Part shown: in pieces, positions 20,001-28,808 of the stretch | Layout of the letters: each line of letters starts with the position of its first letter | Position numbering within the stretch: the stretch's first letter is position 1 | Virus record (IMG/VR): IMGVR_UViG_3300021964_009400 | From: a virus | Lineage: Duplodnaviria > Caudoviricetes | DNA length: 64,000 bases | Direction: 5' to 3' (one strand) | The notes under the pieces: model-generated | Told to the model about the DNA's origin: nothing | Seen by the model: the letters and a program-made list of their open reading frames with translations, nothing else | The model's database searches: none | Program-made: the position numbers and the translations under genes

Positions 20001-21359
20001 GTAATACAGTTAGACCCGAATGATAAGGCTATTAGATTAAAAGAAACAGATGGAACTGTTAGAGTAACATTAAGTTCAGCTGATTTAGCAAATATATCAC
20101 CAACTAGAGATATTGATGCGAGTAACGCTGCACTTAATGAAGAATTAATATTTAATTCTAATTCAACTTATTCAGGTCTAAATACATCATTTAATGGTGG
20201 TTCTTCATTGAGTTATAGTCAATTGACGATAGGAACAAGTGCAAAAACTTATGGTGCTACAAATAAAGAATTAAATGAAGCAACTAGTAGTGCATATACA
20301 CATGGTGGAGGGGGGTTACCAATTATAATACCAATTGGAAGTTCTGATAGGTCATCTAATAACCACACAGGTAGAATAGAAATTAATGCACCAACTGCTT
20401 CTCCTTCTTATTATCTATACTTTGATGAAGCAGAAATGACATCAACTTTAAAATTAAAATATGAAGTTCTATTAAAAAATACAGGTGGTTCATCAGCTGG
20501 GGCATTTTCACCAACTGGTAGTGCAGTTACAATTGATGTTGCTTCAATAAATACGACAGGTGGTGATGAATTAGTAGTTAGAAAAGGAGATTTTGTAAGC
20601 ATTGGTCAACCTGCTGGAGCTAATTATCAAGCAATAAAATATTGGGAAGATTATGGGTTTGAATGGAATGATTTCACAATAGAAACCACAGTAGCAGATG
20701 CTGCAGCTGGAGATTATAAAGTAAGATTAACATGGTTTATAGATTATGAACTTTCTGTTAAAGCAACCCAAACAGTAAATCCTTTGACATATCCTGGTCC
20801 TTATATGCAAGTTGAAGTTGATGTATTTGTACAAGATTTAAGTAATACACCTGTTACATTTGGTACATTTAATCAAGAAGTTGCAGTTGGATTAAATGGA
20901 GTACAAGTTTCGGGTGTATCGGGTTCAGTTTTAATAGGAGAAGTAAATGATTCAGGTGTAATGTCAGTTTATGGTAATGCCCTTGTGACTGGTAAATTAA
21001 CTGCCAATACAACTGCTTTATCTGATGAAAGATTAAAAAGTAATATACAAGATATACCAAATCCACTTGATATAATTGATAGTATTCAACCTCGTTCATT
21101 TAAATGGAGAAACAATGTAAATCCAGATGAATTTAGAGAAAACTCTTTTGGATTTATTGCACAAGAGATGACAGGTAGTTTACCACAATTTGTTAGCGTA
21201 GAACACCAACCAATAGGATATATAGAAAATATATTAACAATAGACCAAACTCCTTTAATAGCATTAAATACTGCTGGTATAAAAGAATTGGTAACTAAAA
21301 TAAGTTCATTAGAAACTAAAATAGAACAACTAGAGGCACAGATAAGTGGTTCTGAATAG
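14067..21359 (+). CDS. Long tail fibre/spike protein with collagen-like linkers and C-terminal intramolecular chaperone (peptidase S74)
   Basis: Repeated modules starting (A/S)DA(F/Y)TV.(L/V)TNEAH; Gly-X-Y tracts; Gly/Thr-rich distal region; C-terminal SDERLKSNI...GFIAQE...coiled coil. Confidence 0.8.
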   Translation: MAIIKSFAPFQNLTNFQVFENDTLSTSEYFRITELSETLTGGKNGFLIEGSEFLKETTEVKIEILDVEGNPIYFEPGKGAPDYYEGNSTLVSVHVYDDTPIGIGKITILGELKSVLGEENAVVDIPQEWKGVYNVKWERQIQINKNIANETIVRFYKRPLVTISEIVKPVFSKTINDTTDTGSVNGFPLQPPLGQNLSEWRAGTNYLLQRTSGSWDSDVDENVINITITKDGNGDVYNNETGSIYTASQFPNQTPATQSVLSATIIEVLNDTDVIIDIPYVSSSLVQNISDEAFSVSYQDIENETTSETAITGSFAKIDITQLKTFVGDVARVKIFRKSRNAVGDFQFVQEAKLESQELLRDVTTTTDTEVFYGRLSTDNLSTYWETSNSDHPITVDSSQLFRAAKIDYNNDSGSVQQLITSQSINVSKDVEYTLEFKTLLSGSIDDSNKSIRAFFSASNFTQDFLTVSGSAIYQSRQDISQNIILQNSGSAKLVFEVQGDDWYISNISLRNAQDTSFSPDEFTIIQDIPRKTATETFDFRFEFYDINNNFIPVEVKATKEFDGGNDFPTSGKLFTFESDRNAFRFSSGSIGNPPFQQIQFKTSQQNLTGTTTYASAAFDEDGNYIDPSSYGGDYPGGLTSITPAGSIITIANFSGSEDDVVVGSIIYTASLDGLEEFETVYRLEDGDNAPQLIVTSNANQFIYEPTTLSPKPSGQSITVRAQRKNLASLVTPITVNSGSNKPALTFVDTVNGIDTYTISATQFSSNSFESNSFEEVTYEFTGSDIFGNEQTDEITLSKVINFDAVSIVLTNESTSFPAKSTGEILGDLIPSSGSVQMFIGGNQIEHDDEIGDRTKNTFNITSSIGDNVTPTDTTPNTSNYSISAFETTKDSGSLTLTIDYLAGDGITSQSFQKIVSYTKSKKAVPTVLTKVSPSTQTINSSSALFETPQTMEVIVQEGGDEYSYDSSLTGGGDINARKFVIDSLSVNVGSASFDDNIITLFTTSTVDDIPEFTDVTNGLTGSAFLNYVNSEGTYVTGSRVRFDLSVSKIGVDGVNGASGSNARAVSLSSDKYAIVYDGDGNLHPSNQNFTLNGSAQNFNTPEFQFLSGGAVIHDFATTSEVVISSSGYPSAGTSIIYEVRTREQGGSYEGVFDNIDVFAVQSGSDAFTVFLTNEAHVFSATSESVVTSDLSDGAFEVRFFRGGEQYNSGSTGKTYSVSATTSNIILSESLESNNQAKFTPTSISGDSGSASITITDNNTSKTFDKQYSFTLSKEGIAGQDGQDGSAGEDFKAVKLTSANYIISYNAAGSSPSPSGTITLTATSQNFTNAFFKFTGEGITDETSYTDGSGANSDTFDFSVPSSYFSTPKDIRVGVAEGNQSELAFDTITITAVQPGSDGQDGDPGDAGADAYTVIVTNEAHTLPTTNTGTVTYTGSGTSIIVYKGATELNSVTSTPTSGQFKVTATATNITAGSQTVTGNPSVFANASSITSTTAQISFAINIENQVTITKIQTFSKSIQGDDGEDGEDGQDGQDGGTGPQGDAGLRTAQGMVHYNTTSATAPSSPNDGTTSFNFSTGVMSGMRSGWQMGTPTYEAGNSNKYWYATFTSVENSSGAGVGTNSNNSFGTVTQAINFTGLVSFTATDTIGDGTDNLSFGVAGSTLINGDNISTGRIISTNYVTGSGDGFTNTGTEFSLDEGLLASKNFTIKPNGSAFFKGDLTGASGTFSGTVQVGGTTLTTGNTLNSNTTKDDVNLGNVDNQSAATIQAGTTAANVGLGNVQDLNAQNQAQTGLIAGTTITGGGITLNAGGNIKGGQTAFNTGTGFFLGYSSGYKFSIGDGSTKGITWDGSTLTIGGNAQIGVDSISTIQSNANSALQSGDNISVLTNNSGYQNNSAAKTAGSVGGWTIDSNAIYRGTELADNTYGTSTGQITLGAGFIGAKEFKISAAGVASFKGGVENGATLGNWSVSGGDLVDSTGVIQLDPNDKAIRLKETDGTVRVTLSSADLANISPTRDIDASNAALNEELIFNSNSTYSGLNTSFNGGSSLSYSQLTIGTSAKTYGATNKELNEATSSAYTHGGGGLPIIIPIGSSDRSSNNHTGRIEINAPTASPSYYLYFDEAEMTSTLKLKYEVLLKNTGGSSAGAFSPTGSAVTIDVASINTTGGDELVVRKGDFVSIGQPAGANYQAIKYWEDYGFEWNDFTIETTVADAAAGDYKVRLTWFIDYELSVKATQTVNPLTYPGPYMQVEVDVFVQDLSNTPVTFGTFNQEVAVGLNGVQVSGVSGSVLIGEVNDSGVMSVYGNALVTGKLTANTTALSDERLKSNIQDIPNPLDIIDSIQPRSFKWRNNVNPDEFRENSFGFIAQEMTGSLPQFVSVEHQPIGYIENILTIDQTPLIALNTAGIKELVTKISSLETKIEQLEAQISGSE
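18627..18698 (+). repeat. Collagen-like 9-nt repeat (GDDGEDGEDGQDGQDGGTGPQGDA)
   Basis: In-frame ggaXaagat repeats within the tail fibre; shorter tracts near 17900 and 18260. Confidence 0.8.
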
Positions 21360-21366
21360 GTAGAAT

Positions 21367-22398
21367 ATGAAAATAATACAAACATTAGCAACAGATACAT
21401 GGGTAAATTTAAGTGAAAGAAATATTACTAATAGATTATTATGGCATTTCATAAGTGCTACAACAATTAGAAAAACTTATGGGATAGACCAAGAGATGAT
21501 TTTAATTAGTGATACTAAAGGTAAACAAATAATAGAAGAACTTGGTTGTTTTCCTTATGATACAATTACTAATGATTTAGATAACTTTCCTTATACAAGA
21601 CCACACATACCAGTTGGATATAAATTATATTGTTTTGAATTATATCCAAATGATGATGTTGTACATATAGATAATGATGTACTTATAAAAAATCAGCTAC
21701 CAAGTTTTACAGATACCATAGTACAAAGCAATGATGGAGATTGGATTATGTATGATATTGACGAAGATTGGTTTTTTGGAAATTTAGATTTATGGACGTT
21801 CCCCCCTTCTATTGTTTCAGATGGTAGAGTTAATTTAACTAATTCATATAATCCTGGTGTATTAGGATTTAAATCAAATTCTACAATTAAAGAACAGTAT
21901 GTTTCGGATTATTATGAATATTTACAAATTAATACTAATATGTTAAATCAATTAAAAATTGATGATTTAGAAACTTATAATACTATTTCTGATAAACACA
22001 AGCAGGGAGTAAATACTATTTTAGAAGAAGGATATCTTTATCATTTATGTGAAACAAATGGGGTAAATGTAGTAGAAGTATTGGATTCAAACATTGTTCC
22101 AAGTGTACCACAATTTTTACCCAATGGAAATGCTGAGTTAGAACGAAAAAAAATACATCAAAGATATTTTAATCATTATGTAGAATTAGGATACATTCAC
22201 TTTTCTATGGCATCAAAGGGCAACAAAAGTTGGTTATACGATACGATAGGTAATCTAGATACCGATTCTAATACTACATTTATTCCTTATATTTCTGATG
22301 AAATAAAACAATTTTTAAATACAAGAGTGGGTTTACCAAAAAATCCTATAAATCAATTTGTGAATATATTAATTAAAGATATAATTGAAAAATATTAA
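21367..22398 (+). CDS. Putative nucleotide-diphospho-sugar transferase (GT-A-like)
   Basis: VVHIDNDV DxD motif; N.GVLG motif; first gene of the glycan island. Confidence 0.45.
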   Translation: MKIIQTLATDTWVNLSERNITNRLLWHFISATTIRKTYGIDQEMILISDTKGKQIIEELGCFPYDTITNDLDNFPYTRPHIPVGYKLYCFELYPNDDVVHIDNDVLIKNQLPSFTDTIVQSNDGDWIMYDIDEDWFFGNLDLWTFPPSIVSDGRVNLTNSYNPGVLGFKSNSTIKEQYVSDYYEYLQINTNMLNQLKIDDLETYNTISDKHKQGVNTILEEGYLYHLCETNGVNVVEVLDSNIVPSVPQFLPNGNAELERKKIHQRYFNHYVELGYIHFSMASKGNKSWLYDTIGNLDTDSNTTFIPYISDEIKQFLNTRVGLPKNPINQFVNILIKDIIEKY

Positions 22399-22410
22399 AA
22401 AAACAAGGTT

Positions 22411-23601
22411 ATGGCAATTCTAAAAGATAAAGAAAAAGATGATATTAAAAGTAGTATTGTCAATTATTTATTACATTGTAATAAAGAAGTTGATACTAAT
22501 ATTTTAGTAAATAAAATAAATAGTTACTTACCTTTTGAAGAAAAACTAAAAGACCCAAAATCATTTTCATCAAGTATGAATGTATTAGTTACTACTGGTG
22601 CAGGTAATACAATTCAAGGTGGGGCTGATATATGGACAAATCACTTTTTAAAATTAATCTGGCCACATTTACCAAAAAGAAAAAATTGGAGATTATTAAT
22701 CGATTCAAAAAGACCTACTAATTTTGATGAAAATTCTTTACCAGAAGGATTAGTTTTTCACTTCCATGGAGATGACCCAAACAAAACAGAAAAATGGTTA
22801 TCAGAATGTATGGGGATTCATTTTTTACATTCACATTATCATAAAAGAGACCATGTTTGGAAATGGGAAAGTAAATTTAAAACTATTTTTGTTCATGCGT
22901 ATCCAAAAGAAATGGAAGAAGTTGTTAACAAATTACCAGAATTAAAAAGATTACAATTTAATACAAAAGTTGAAAGTAAATTTTACAACGAATTTTTACA
23001 AACATTTAAAAAACGAATATGGATTGGAAATAATCCAAGTGAGGTACTAACAGATTTCCCAAATTACACATATACAATACCAAACTTTTATGAGTTTAAA
23101 CACAACTTACTTCCACCTAAAGAAATAAACAATACAATTGGATTTGCATCAAGAGCGGAATCAAGAAAGTGTTTACATTGGATACATGGTCATAACGGAT
23201 ATGTTTTAACAAACAAATATGATTTTCAAAATTTAAAAGATACCACAACATATACTTTTCCTAATATAAAGTTTTTTCAATGGGATTCTTCTATACACGA
23301 TAGTTTTATGAAAAAAGATTTTAGTATATTTCATGGAGCATACTTTAAAGAACCATTTGGATATTCTATATTTCAAGCAGTTGATTATGGTAAAATTCCA
23401 ATTATCCATACTAATTGGGCAACTGAAGTAGATTACAAATATAGAGCCTCTAATAAAAATGAATTTGATAAGATGGTTAAAAAAATAGTAGGTGATGATA
23501 ACAATACAAGATTTGAAGAATTTATAAAATTGAAAACTTATATGATGACTTTTGATAATACAAAAAATTGGACATCAAAAATATTAGAAAAATTTATTTA
23601 A
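22411..23601 (+). CDS. Glycosyltransferase, GT-B/GT4-like
   Basis: C-terminal EPFGYSIFQAVDYGKIPII (ExFG...A..G.P) and IGFASR. Confidence 0.65.
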   Translation: MAILKDKEKDDIKSSIVNYLLHCNKEVDTNILVNKINSYLPFEEKLKDPKSFSSSMNVLVTTGAGNTIQGGADIWTNHFLKLIWPHLPKRKNWRLLIDSKRPTNFDENSLPEGLVFHFHGDDPNKTEKWLSECMGIHFLHSHYHKRDHVWKWESKFKTIFVHAYPKEMEEVVNKLPELKRLQFNTKVESKFYNEFLQTFKKRIWIGNNPSEVLTDFPNYTYTIPNFYEFKHNLLPPKEINNTIGFASRAESRKCLHWIHGHNGYVLTNKYDFQNLKDTTTYTFPNIKFFQWDSSIHDSFMKKDFSIFHGAYFKEPFGYSIFQAVDYGKIPIIHTNWATEVDYKYRASNKNEFDKMVKKIVGDDNNTRFEEFIKLKTYMMTFDNTKNWTSKILEKFI

Positions 23602-23602
23602 T

Positions 23603-23611
23603 ATATTTATA
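23603..23611 (+). promoter_or_regulatory. Putative late promoter motif ATATTTATA
   Basis: 15 nt upstream of ATG 23627, inside the glycan island. Confidence 0.5.
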
Positions 23612-23626
23612 TATACAAGAGATACT

Positions 23627-24403
23627 ATGTCTATTATTAACTATATCTTAGTTAAAGAGTTTTTTACCAACAACTTCAAGATAAAAAAAGATACAAACCA
23701 AAAAGAGTTCAAAGAATTTACACCTGTAAAATACAGATGGACACATGGGGCTACTGATTTTCATCTTGGAGATGGTTTGCTCATTTATTCAGCTATTCAG
23801 TATATGAGAGCCAAGACTTGTGTCTGTTTAGGAAGTGGTGGTGGATTTATTCCAAGAATAATGTCACAAGCAAGAATGGATTTACATGACCAAGGTATAT
23901 TTGAAGGAGAAAAAAATATGGAATGGGGAGATGTAGGAACAACAATTTTAGTTGATGCATCAAATGGAGTTGGTGGTTTTACTGATTGGGTTGAAAAAGA
24001 TTCTTTTTATCGAACACATTTTCCAAGTAGAGTTATATTAGATACAACAGAAAATGCATATTATAATTTTTTTGTTAAAGAGGATATACAAATTGACTAT
24101 TTACATATTGATGCAGGACACTCATACGAAGATGTAAAAAAAGATTTTGAATTATATTCAAAAGTATTATCACCAAATGGAATTATATCTATTCACGATA
24201 CTGATGAAAGTTTTGAAAAAGAACATATCATTACTGATGATATATTAGATGATTTTCATCAAGAATATGCTAATGGACCAGCACAATTTATAAAAGAATT
24301 AAAAGAAAACAAAGAGTGGGAAGTATTTAACTTCTTTAATAATGGTATTTTAAGAGATAAGCCATCTTCTACTGGTCTAACATTTATTAGAAAAAATGCA
24401 TAA
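23627..24403 (+). CDS. Class I SAM-dependent methyltransferase (Methyltransf_24-like)
   Basis: CLGSGGG motif I; IDYLHIDAGHSYEDVKKDF...LSPNGIISIHD. Confidence 0.8.
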   Translation: MSIINYILVKEFFTNNFKIKKDTNQKEFKEFTPVKYRWTHGATDFHLGDGLLIYSAIQYMRAKTCVCLGSGGGFIPRIMSQARMDLHDQGIFEGEKNMEWGDVGTTILVDASNGVGGFTDWVEKDSFYRTHFPSRVILDTTENAYYNFFVKEDIQIDYLHIDAGHSYEDVKKDFELYSKVLSPNGIISIHDTDESFEKEHIITDDILDDFHQEYANGPAQFIKELKENKEWEVFNFFNNGILRDKPSSTGLTFIRKNA

Positions 24404-25250
24404 GATAAATTTAGTAACTGTTGTGGGACATAATATAACAATGTTACCACATATGTTAAATCATTATAAAGATATAGTAAACGAAGTATATGTAGTTGTT
24501 TACAGACAACATGAAGATGATGGTATAGTTAATGAAATAAAAAAATTAGGTATAACTCCATATAAGATTGTAACTGAACCAAAATTTAATTGGGAAAAGG
24601 TTACTGAGTTATACAACGAAGTAAAAAAAACAAAACCAAACGAATGGTGGGTGGTTTCGGACGATGATGAATTCCATGTGTATCCTAAACCTTTACAAGA
24701 AATGATAAATGATTGTGAAGAAAATGGTTGGGAGTTTATAACAGGTGGATTCATCGATAGGATAGGAGAGGATGGTACATTTCCAAAAGTTTATAATAAA
24801 ACTAATATATGGAAAAAATTTCCTTATGGTGGATTTTTTAGATATCCACTTTCTCAAGCTTGTCCAAATAAATGTTGTGTTATGAAGGGGAGAGTAAGAG
24901 TAACACACGGACAACATTATGGTATTATTAAAAATAAACATATTTGGGGAAAAGAAAATTTAAATCATCCTCTTCGATATCCACCGGGTAGAGGAGAAGG
25001 GTTTATACAAGTACACCACTTTAAGTGGGATTCGACTGTTTTAGAAAGATTAAAAGAAGTTTCTGAAACAAAAAATGATTACACTTTTTGGGAAGAATAC
25101 CAAAAAATGTATGATGCAATAAAAGATTCTGATTGGAAAATTGATATTTTAAATGAAGAATTTTTTATGGAACGATTACATAAAAATCCAAGTGAACATT
25201 GGGAATATTCAAAATGGAATCGTTTGTTAAAAAAAATTATTATTGTTTAA
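24396..25250 (+). CDS. Glycosyltransferase family 2-like
   Basis: MLPHMLNHY; WWVVSDDDEF; VTHGQH; VHHFKW pattern of GT2-like (Glyco_tranf_2_4) proteins. Confidence 0.65.
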   Translation: MHKINLVTVVGHNITMLPHMLNHYKDIVNEVYVVVYRQHEDDGIVNEIKKLGITPYKIVTEPKFNWEKVTELYNEVKKTKPNEWWVVSDDDEFHVYPKPLQEMINDCEENGWEFITGGFIDRIGEDGTFPKVYNKTNIWKKFPYGGFFRYPLSQACPNKCCVMKGRVRVTHGQHYGIIKNKHIWGKENLNHPLRYPPGRGEGFIQVHHFKWDSTVLERLKEVSETKNDYTFWEEYQKMYDAIKDSDWKIDILNEEFFMERLHKNPSEHWEYSKWNRLLKKIIIV

Positions 25251-25261
25251 TAAATTTTTAT

Positions 25262-25270
25262 ATATTTATA
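25262..25270 (+). promoter_or_regulatory. Putative late promoter motif ATATTTATA
   Basis: 30 nt upstream of ATG 25301. Confidence 0.5.
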
Positions 25271-25300
25271 TATGTATTGAAAAACATAAATTAAAAAGTT

Positions 25301-25486
25301 ATGGCAACTAAAAAAGACGAAACAGCAAAAATCTTAGAAGAAAGAAAAGTTAAAGCTCTTGAAAAGATAGGAAATTCACTTGATGCTCTTACTTTATGGT
25401 TTGAAGAAATCGATAAAGAAGAATGGGGACCAAGATTAGAATGGTATCTTTCAGAGTGGTACGAAAATAAAATTAAAAAAGACTAA
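25301..25486 (+). CDS. Small hypothetical protein (61 aa)
   Basis: ORF filling the gap between promoter motif and GT7 gene. Confidence 0.55.
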   Translation: MATKKDETAKILEERKVKALEKIGNSLDALTLWFEEIDKEEWGPRLEWYLSEWYENKIKKD

Positions 25487-25489
25487 TAT

Positions 25490-26911
25490 ATGTCTAAAAT
25501 CGGTATCATTGTTCCATACAGAAACCGAAGAACACACTTAAATCATTTTACTACTGCAATTAAAAATCATTTTCTTAATTCAAAAATAGATTATGAATTA
25601 ATTATTGTCGAGCAGGCAGATAAAAAATCGTTCAATCGAGGTTCATTACTAAATATTGGTGTATTAAAAGCAAAAGAACTCAAATGTACTTATGTTGCAC
25701 TACATGATGTTGATATGATACCTTCTGATGTTGATTATTCTGAAGTAAGTGTTCCTACCCATCTTGCAACAAATTTCATTTCACATAATGGTAAAATGAA
25801 ACGAGTTGTATTTGATGAGTACTTTGGTGGCGTTACCTTATTCCCAATAAATGATTATTTTCATGTTAATGGATATTCAAACAAATATTGGGGTTGGGGT
25901 TATGAAGATGATGACCTATTGTGGAGATGTAAAGAAAACTTTTTTGATTTTAACACAAAACAATTACCAACAAAAGCACATAGTAGTGTGGGTTTATATT
26001 TTAATGGACATACTAGTCAAGTTACAATTCCAAAATCATTCAAGTTAAAAAATTATACAATGTTTTGTTCATTTAATCCTTCAGAAATTGAATGTAATGA
26101 CGGGTATATGTTTGATGAATATAATGTGGTTGCCATACCAGGCATGGATACTGGCTTTACTTATAATTCTTATAAAAGATACAAATTTGAAACTTGGACT
26201 AGTCAAAAAGAATGTATAAGTTTAAAATCAAATATTACTCCACCAAAACAAACTACTTTATGTGCAACTATAAATTCAGATGATAATGTAGTAAAATTTT
26301 ATCATGATGGTGAACTTGTTGATGAGACAAAATACGATGGAAGGGTTCTTCATTATTTAAATGAAAAACAAATTTATCTTGGAAACTCACCATCATTAAA
26401 ACATAATCAAAGGAGACCATTTAAAGGAACGATTGATTATTTTGCATTATTTAATCATTCCTTAGAAGAAGGTCAAGTAAAAGAAATTTCAAAAAATGAA
26501 GGAATGGGATTGACTGAATCTTATGGCGATTATGTTGCACCACACACTTTGGAAATGTGTTATGATATGAAAAACTCTACATTTTCAGAACTTTATGATA
26601 CTTCACACAGAAGAGAAATTGCAGAAATAAAAGATTGTGATAGGCATCAAATAAATCAAGCAAATGAATTTATTGAAATACCAATACCTTGGAGAAGAGA
26701 ATCAACATTTGAACTATTATATCACAAGGAAAATGGATTTTATGAAAACAAATGGACTTGGACAGAAACACGAAAAAATCAACTTCATTTTTATAATAAA
26801 GTTCTAAAAGGAAAATCTGATTATAAAAGAGATGGTATAGATAATGTTAGATACGATTTATTATCCGATACAAAAATGGAGGATTATCACTTTATATCAG
26901 TAGAACTATGA
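25490..26911 (+). CDS. GT7 (beta-1,4-galactosyltransferase-like) with inserted LamG domain
   Basis: IIVPYRNR, FNRGSLLNIG, HDVDMIP, YFGGV, NGYSNKYWGWGYEDDD; LamG PFKGTIDYFALFN; resumed GT7 tail H..N..DGIDNVRY. Confidence 0.8.
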   Translation: MSKIGIIVPYRNRRTHLNHFTTAIKNHFLNSKIDYELIIVEQADKKSFNRGSLLNIGVLKAKELKCTYVALHDVDMIPSDVDYSEVSVPTHLATNFISHNGKMKRVVFDEYFGGVTLFPINDYFHVNGYSNKYWGWGYEDDDLLWRCKENFFDFNTKQLPTKAHSSVGLYFNGHTSQVTIPKSFKLKNYTMFCSFNPSEIECNDGYMFDEYNVVAIPGMDTGFTYNSYKRYKFETWTSQKECISLKSNITPPKQTTLCATINSDDNVVKFYHDGELVDETKYDGRVLHYLNEKQIYLGNSPSLKHNQRRPFKGTIDYFALFNHSLEEGQVKEISKNEGMGLTESYGDYVAPHTLEMCYDMKNSTFSELYDTSHRREIAEIKDCDRHQINQANEFIEIPIPWRRESTFELLYHKENGFYENKWTWTETRKNQLHFYNKVLKGKSDYKRDGIDNVRYDLLSDTKMEDYHFISVEL

Positions 26912-27318
26912 TGAGTATGTATAAAATAGGAGTAATTGCAGGAAACTTTGATGTTATACATCCAGGTTATATTAAAATGTTTAAAGAATGTAAATCATAT
27001 TGTGAAAACTTTATAATTCTTTTACACACCGACCCATCAATAGAAAGACCAGAAAAATTAAAACCAATTTTATCAAAAGAAGAAAGAACAGAAGTTTTAA
27101 CTTCAATAAAATGGATAGATTCAATTGCTTATTATACTTATGAAAAAGAGTTGGTAGAACTACTAAAAGGATTAGAACCAGATATCAGATTTTTGGGTGA
27201 TGATTATCGAGGTAAAACATATACAGGTTTCGAATTAGATATACCAGTTCATTATTTAAACAGAGACCATGGTTGGAGTACAACAAAATTTAAAAAACTA
27301 ATTGCTGATACGATATGA
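26908..27318 (+). CDS. Cytidylyltransferase (glycerol-3-phosphate/RfaE2-like)
   Basis: HIGH-like GNFDVIHPGY; ERTEVL; GDDY; WSTTK. Confidence 0.8.
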   Translation: MMSMYKIGVIAGNFDVIHPGYIKMFKECKSYCENFIILLHTDPSIERPEKLKPILSKEERTEVLTSIKWIDSIAYYTYEKELVELLKGLEPDIRFLGDDYRGKTYTGFELDIPVHYLNRDHGWSTTKFKKLIADTI

Positions 27319-28784
27319 AGTTAGGGGTATGTGTACCATATAGAAATAGAGAAACTCACTTAAAAGAGTTTATACCAACTGTTAGTAAATATTTAGAATC
27401 ACAAGGTATTGAGTATGGTATTTATTTTGGACATCAAGTTGATGATAAATTATTTAATAGAGGGGCCACTAAAAATGTAGCAGCAAAACATGCATTTGAA
27501 GATGGTTGTGATTATATTGTATGGCATGATATCGATATGATACCAGAAGAAGGTTGTGATTATTCTTTTCCAAAAAAACATCCCATACACATTGCAACAA
27601 ATATATCTCAAATGGATTACAAACTAAAGTATGAGGAATACTTTGGTGGTGCAGTTTTGTTTTCAAAAGAACAAGTTGAAAAAACCAATGGATATTCAAA
27701 TGATTATTGGGATTGGGGAATGGAAGATGATGATTTGTTTTGGAGATGTGTTCTTGAAGGATATGCAAATACATCTTATATGGACTATCCTACTGAAAAA
27801 CAAAGTTATTTAAATTTCAATGGACAAAATTCATTTATTAAAATAGGTAAAGATTCAAAATTAAGAAACATCACATCTCGTTCTCATACAGTTTCAGTTT
27901 TAGTTCGTGCCTATCAACAAGAAGATAAAGTAAACATTTGGTTAGTAGGTGATGAAGAAAGAAGATTTTGTGAATATCCAATAATTCGTAGACCAGGATA
28001 TGATTGGGGATTGAGTTATAATAATTCAAGAGCATATACAGCACAACTTTGGGATAATCAACGAAATCATTTATATCAATGGATAAAAAGATATGAAGGA
28101 CAATGGACATGGGTTACTTTAAGTGTTGATACTGCAAATCAAAAAATTCATTTTTATTTAAATGGTAAAGAATCAGATGCAAGACATGGTCATGGTACAC
28201 AATCTCCTTTACATTATGAGAATAGATTAAAATCATATGGATTAGATGATTGGTATATAGGAACAACTACTTCTGCACGAAAAAATGATATTAATCGTTG
28301 GTTGAAAGGAGATATTGGAAAAGTATATATTTGGAATAGAGTATTAAGTGAAGAAGAAATACAAAATGTACACAAATCAGTACCAAAAAATAATTTAGTT
28401 TTACAATATGATTTTAATTCTGATTTACAAAAAAATTCTCCATACACCGCAGTTGATTTAAGTGGAAACGAATTACATGGTAGTATTAGAAATTGTGAAT
28501 TGCATGAGGGAGAAATTAAAATTCCATACACAGTTTTACCCCACAGAATACCTGGTAGATTAAAGTGTTTACCACACAAAGATGAGGGTTTAGTAACAAA
28601 CGAAGATGGTAAACAGGTTTGGGCAAAGGGAGAAACTACTGCTAGAAACGAAAGAAGATATGTTCTTCAAATGCAACAAGGTACATGGGATTATAAATCA
28701 GATGGTATAAAACAACTAAAATATGAATTGGTTGGAATTGAAGAAATAGCACCCAATGTAAAACTAATAAATGTTAAATTTTAA
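27315..28784 (+). CDS. Second GT7 with inserted LamG domain
   Basis: VPYRNR, FNRGATKN, HDIDMIP, YFGGA, NGYSNDYWDWGMEDDD; LamG WLKGDIGKVYIWNRVLS; tail LPH...DGIKQLKY. Confidence 0.8.
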   Translation: MKLGVCVPYRNRETHLKEFIPTVSKYLESQGIEYGIYFGHQVDDKLFNRGATKNVAAKHAFEDGCDYIVWHDIDMIPEEGCDYSFPKKHPIHIATNISQMDYKLKYEEYFGGAVLFSKEQVEKTNGYSNDYWDWGMEDDDLFWRCVLEGYANTSYMDYPTEKQSYLNFNGQNSFIKIGKDSKLRNITSRSHTVSVLVRAYQQEDKVNIWLVGDEERRFCEYPIIRRPGYDWGLSYNNSRAYTAQLWDNQRNHLYQWIKRYEGQWTWVTLSVDTANQKIHFYLNGKESDARHGHGTQSPLHYENRLKSYGLDDWYIGTTTSARKNDINRWLKGDIGKVYIWNRVLSEEEIQNVHKSVPKNNLVLQYDFNSDLQKNSPYTAVDLSGNELHGSIRNCELHEGEIKIPYTVLPHRIPGRLKCLPHKDEGLVTNEDGKQVWAKGETTARNERRYVLQMQQGTWDYKSDGIKQLKYELVGIEEIAPNVKLINVKF

Positions 28785-28808
28785 TATATATTAATACAAA
28801 GATATTCA

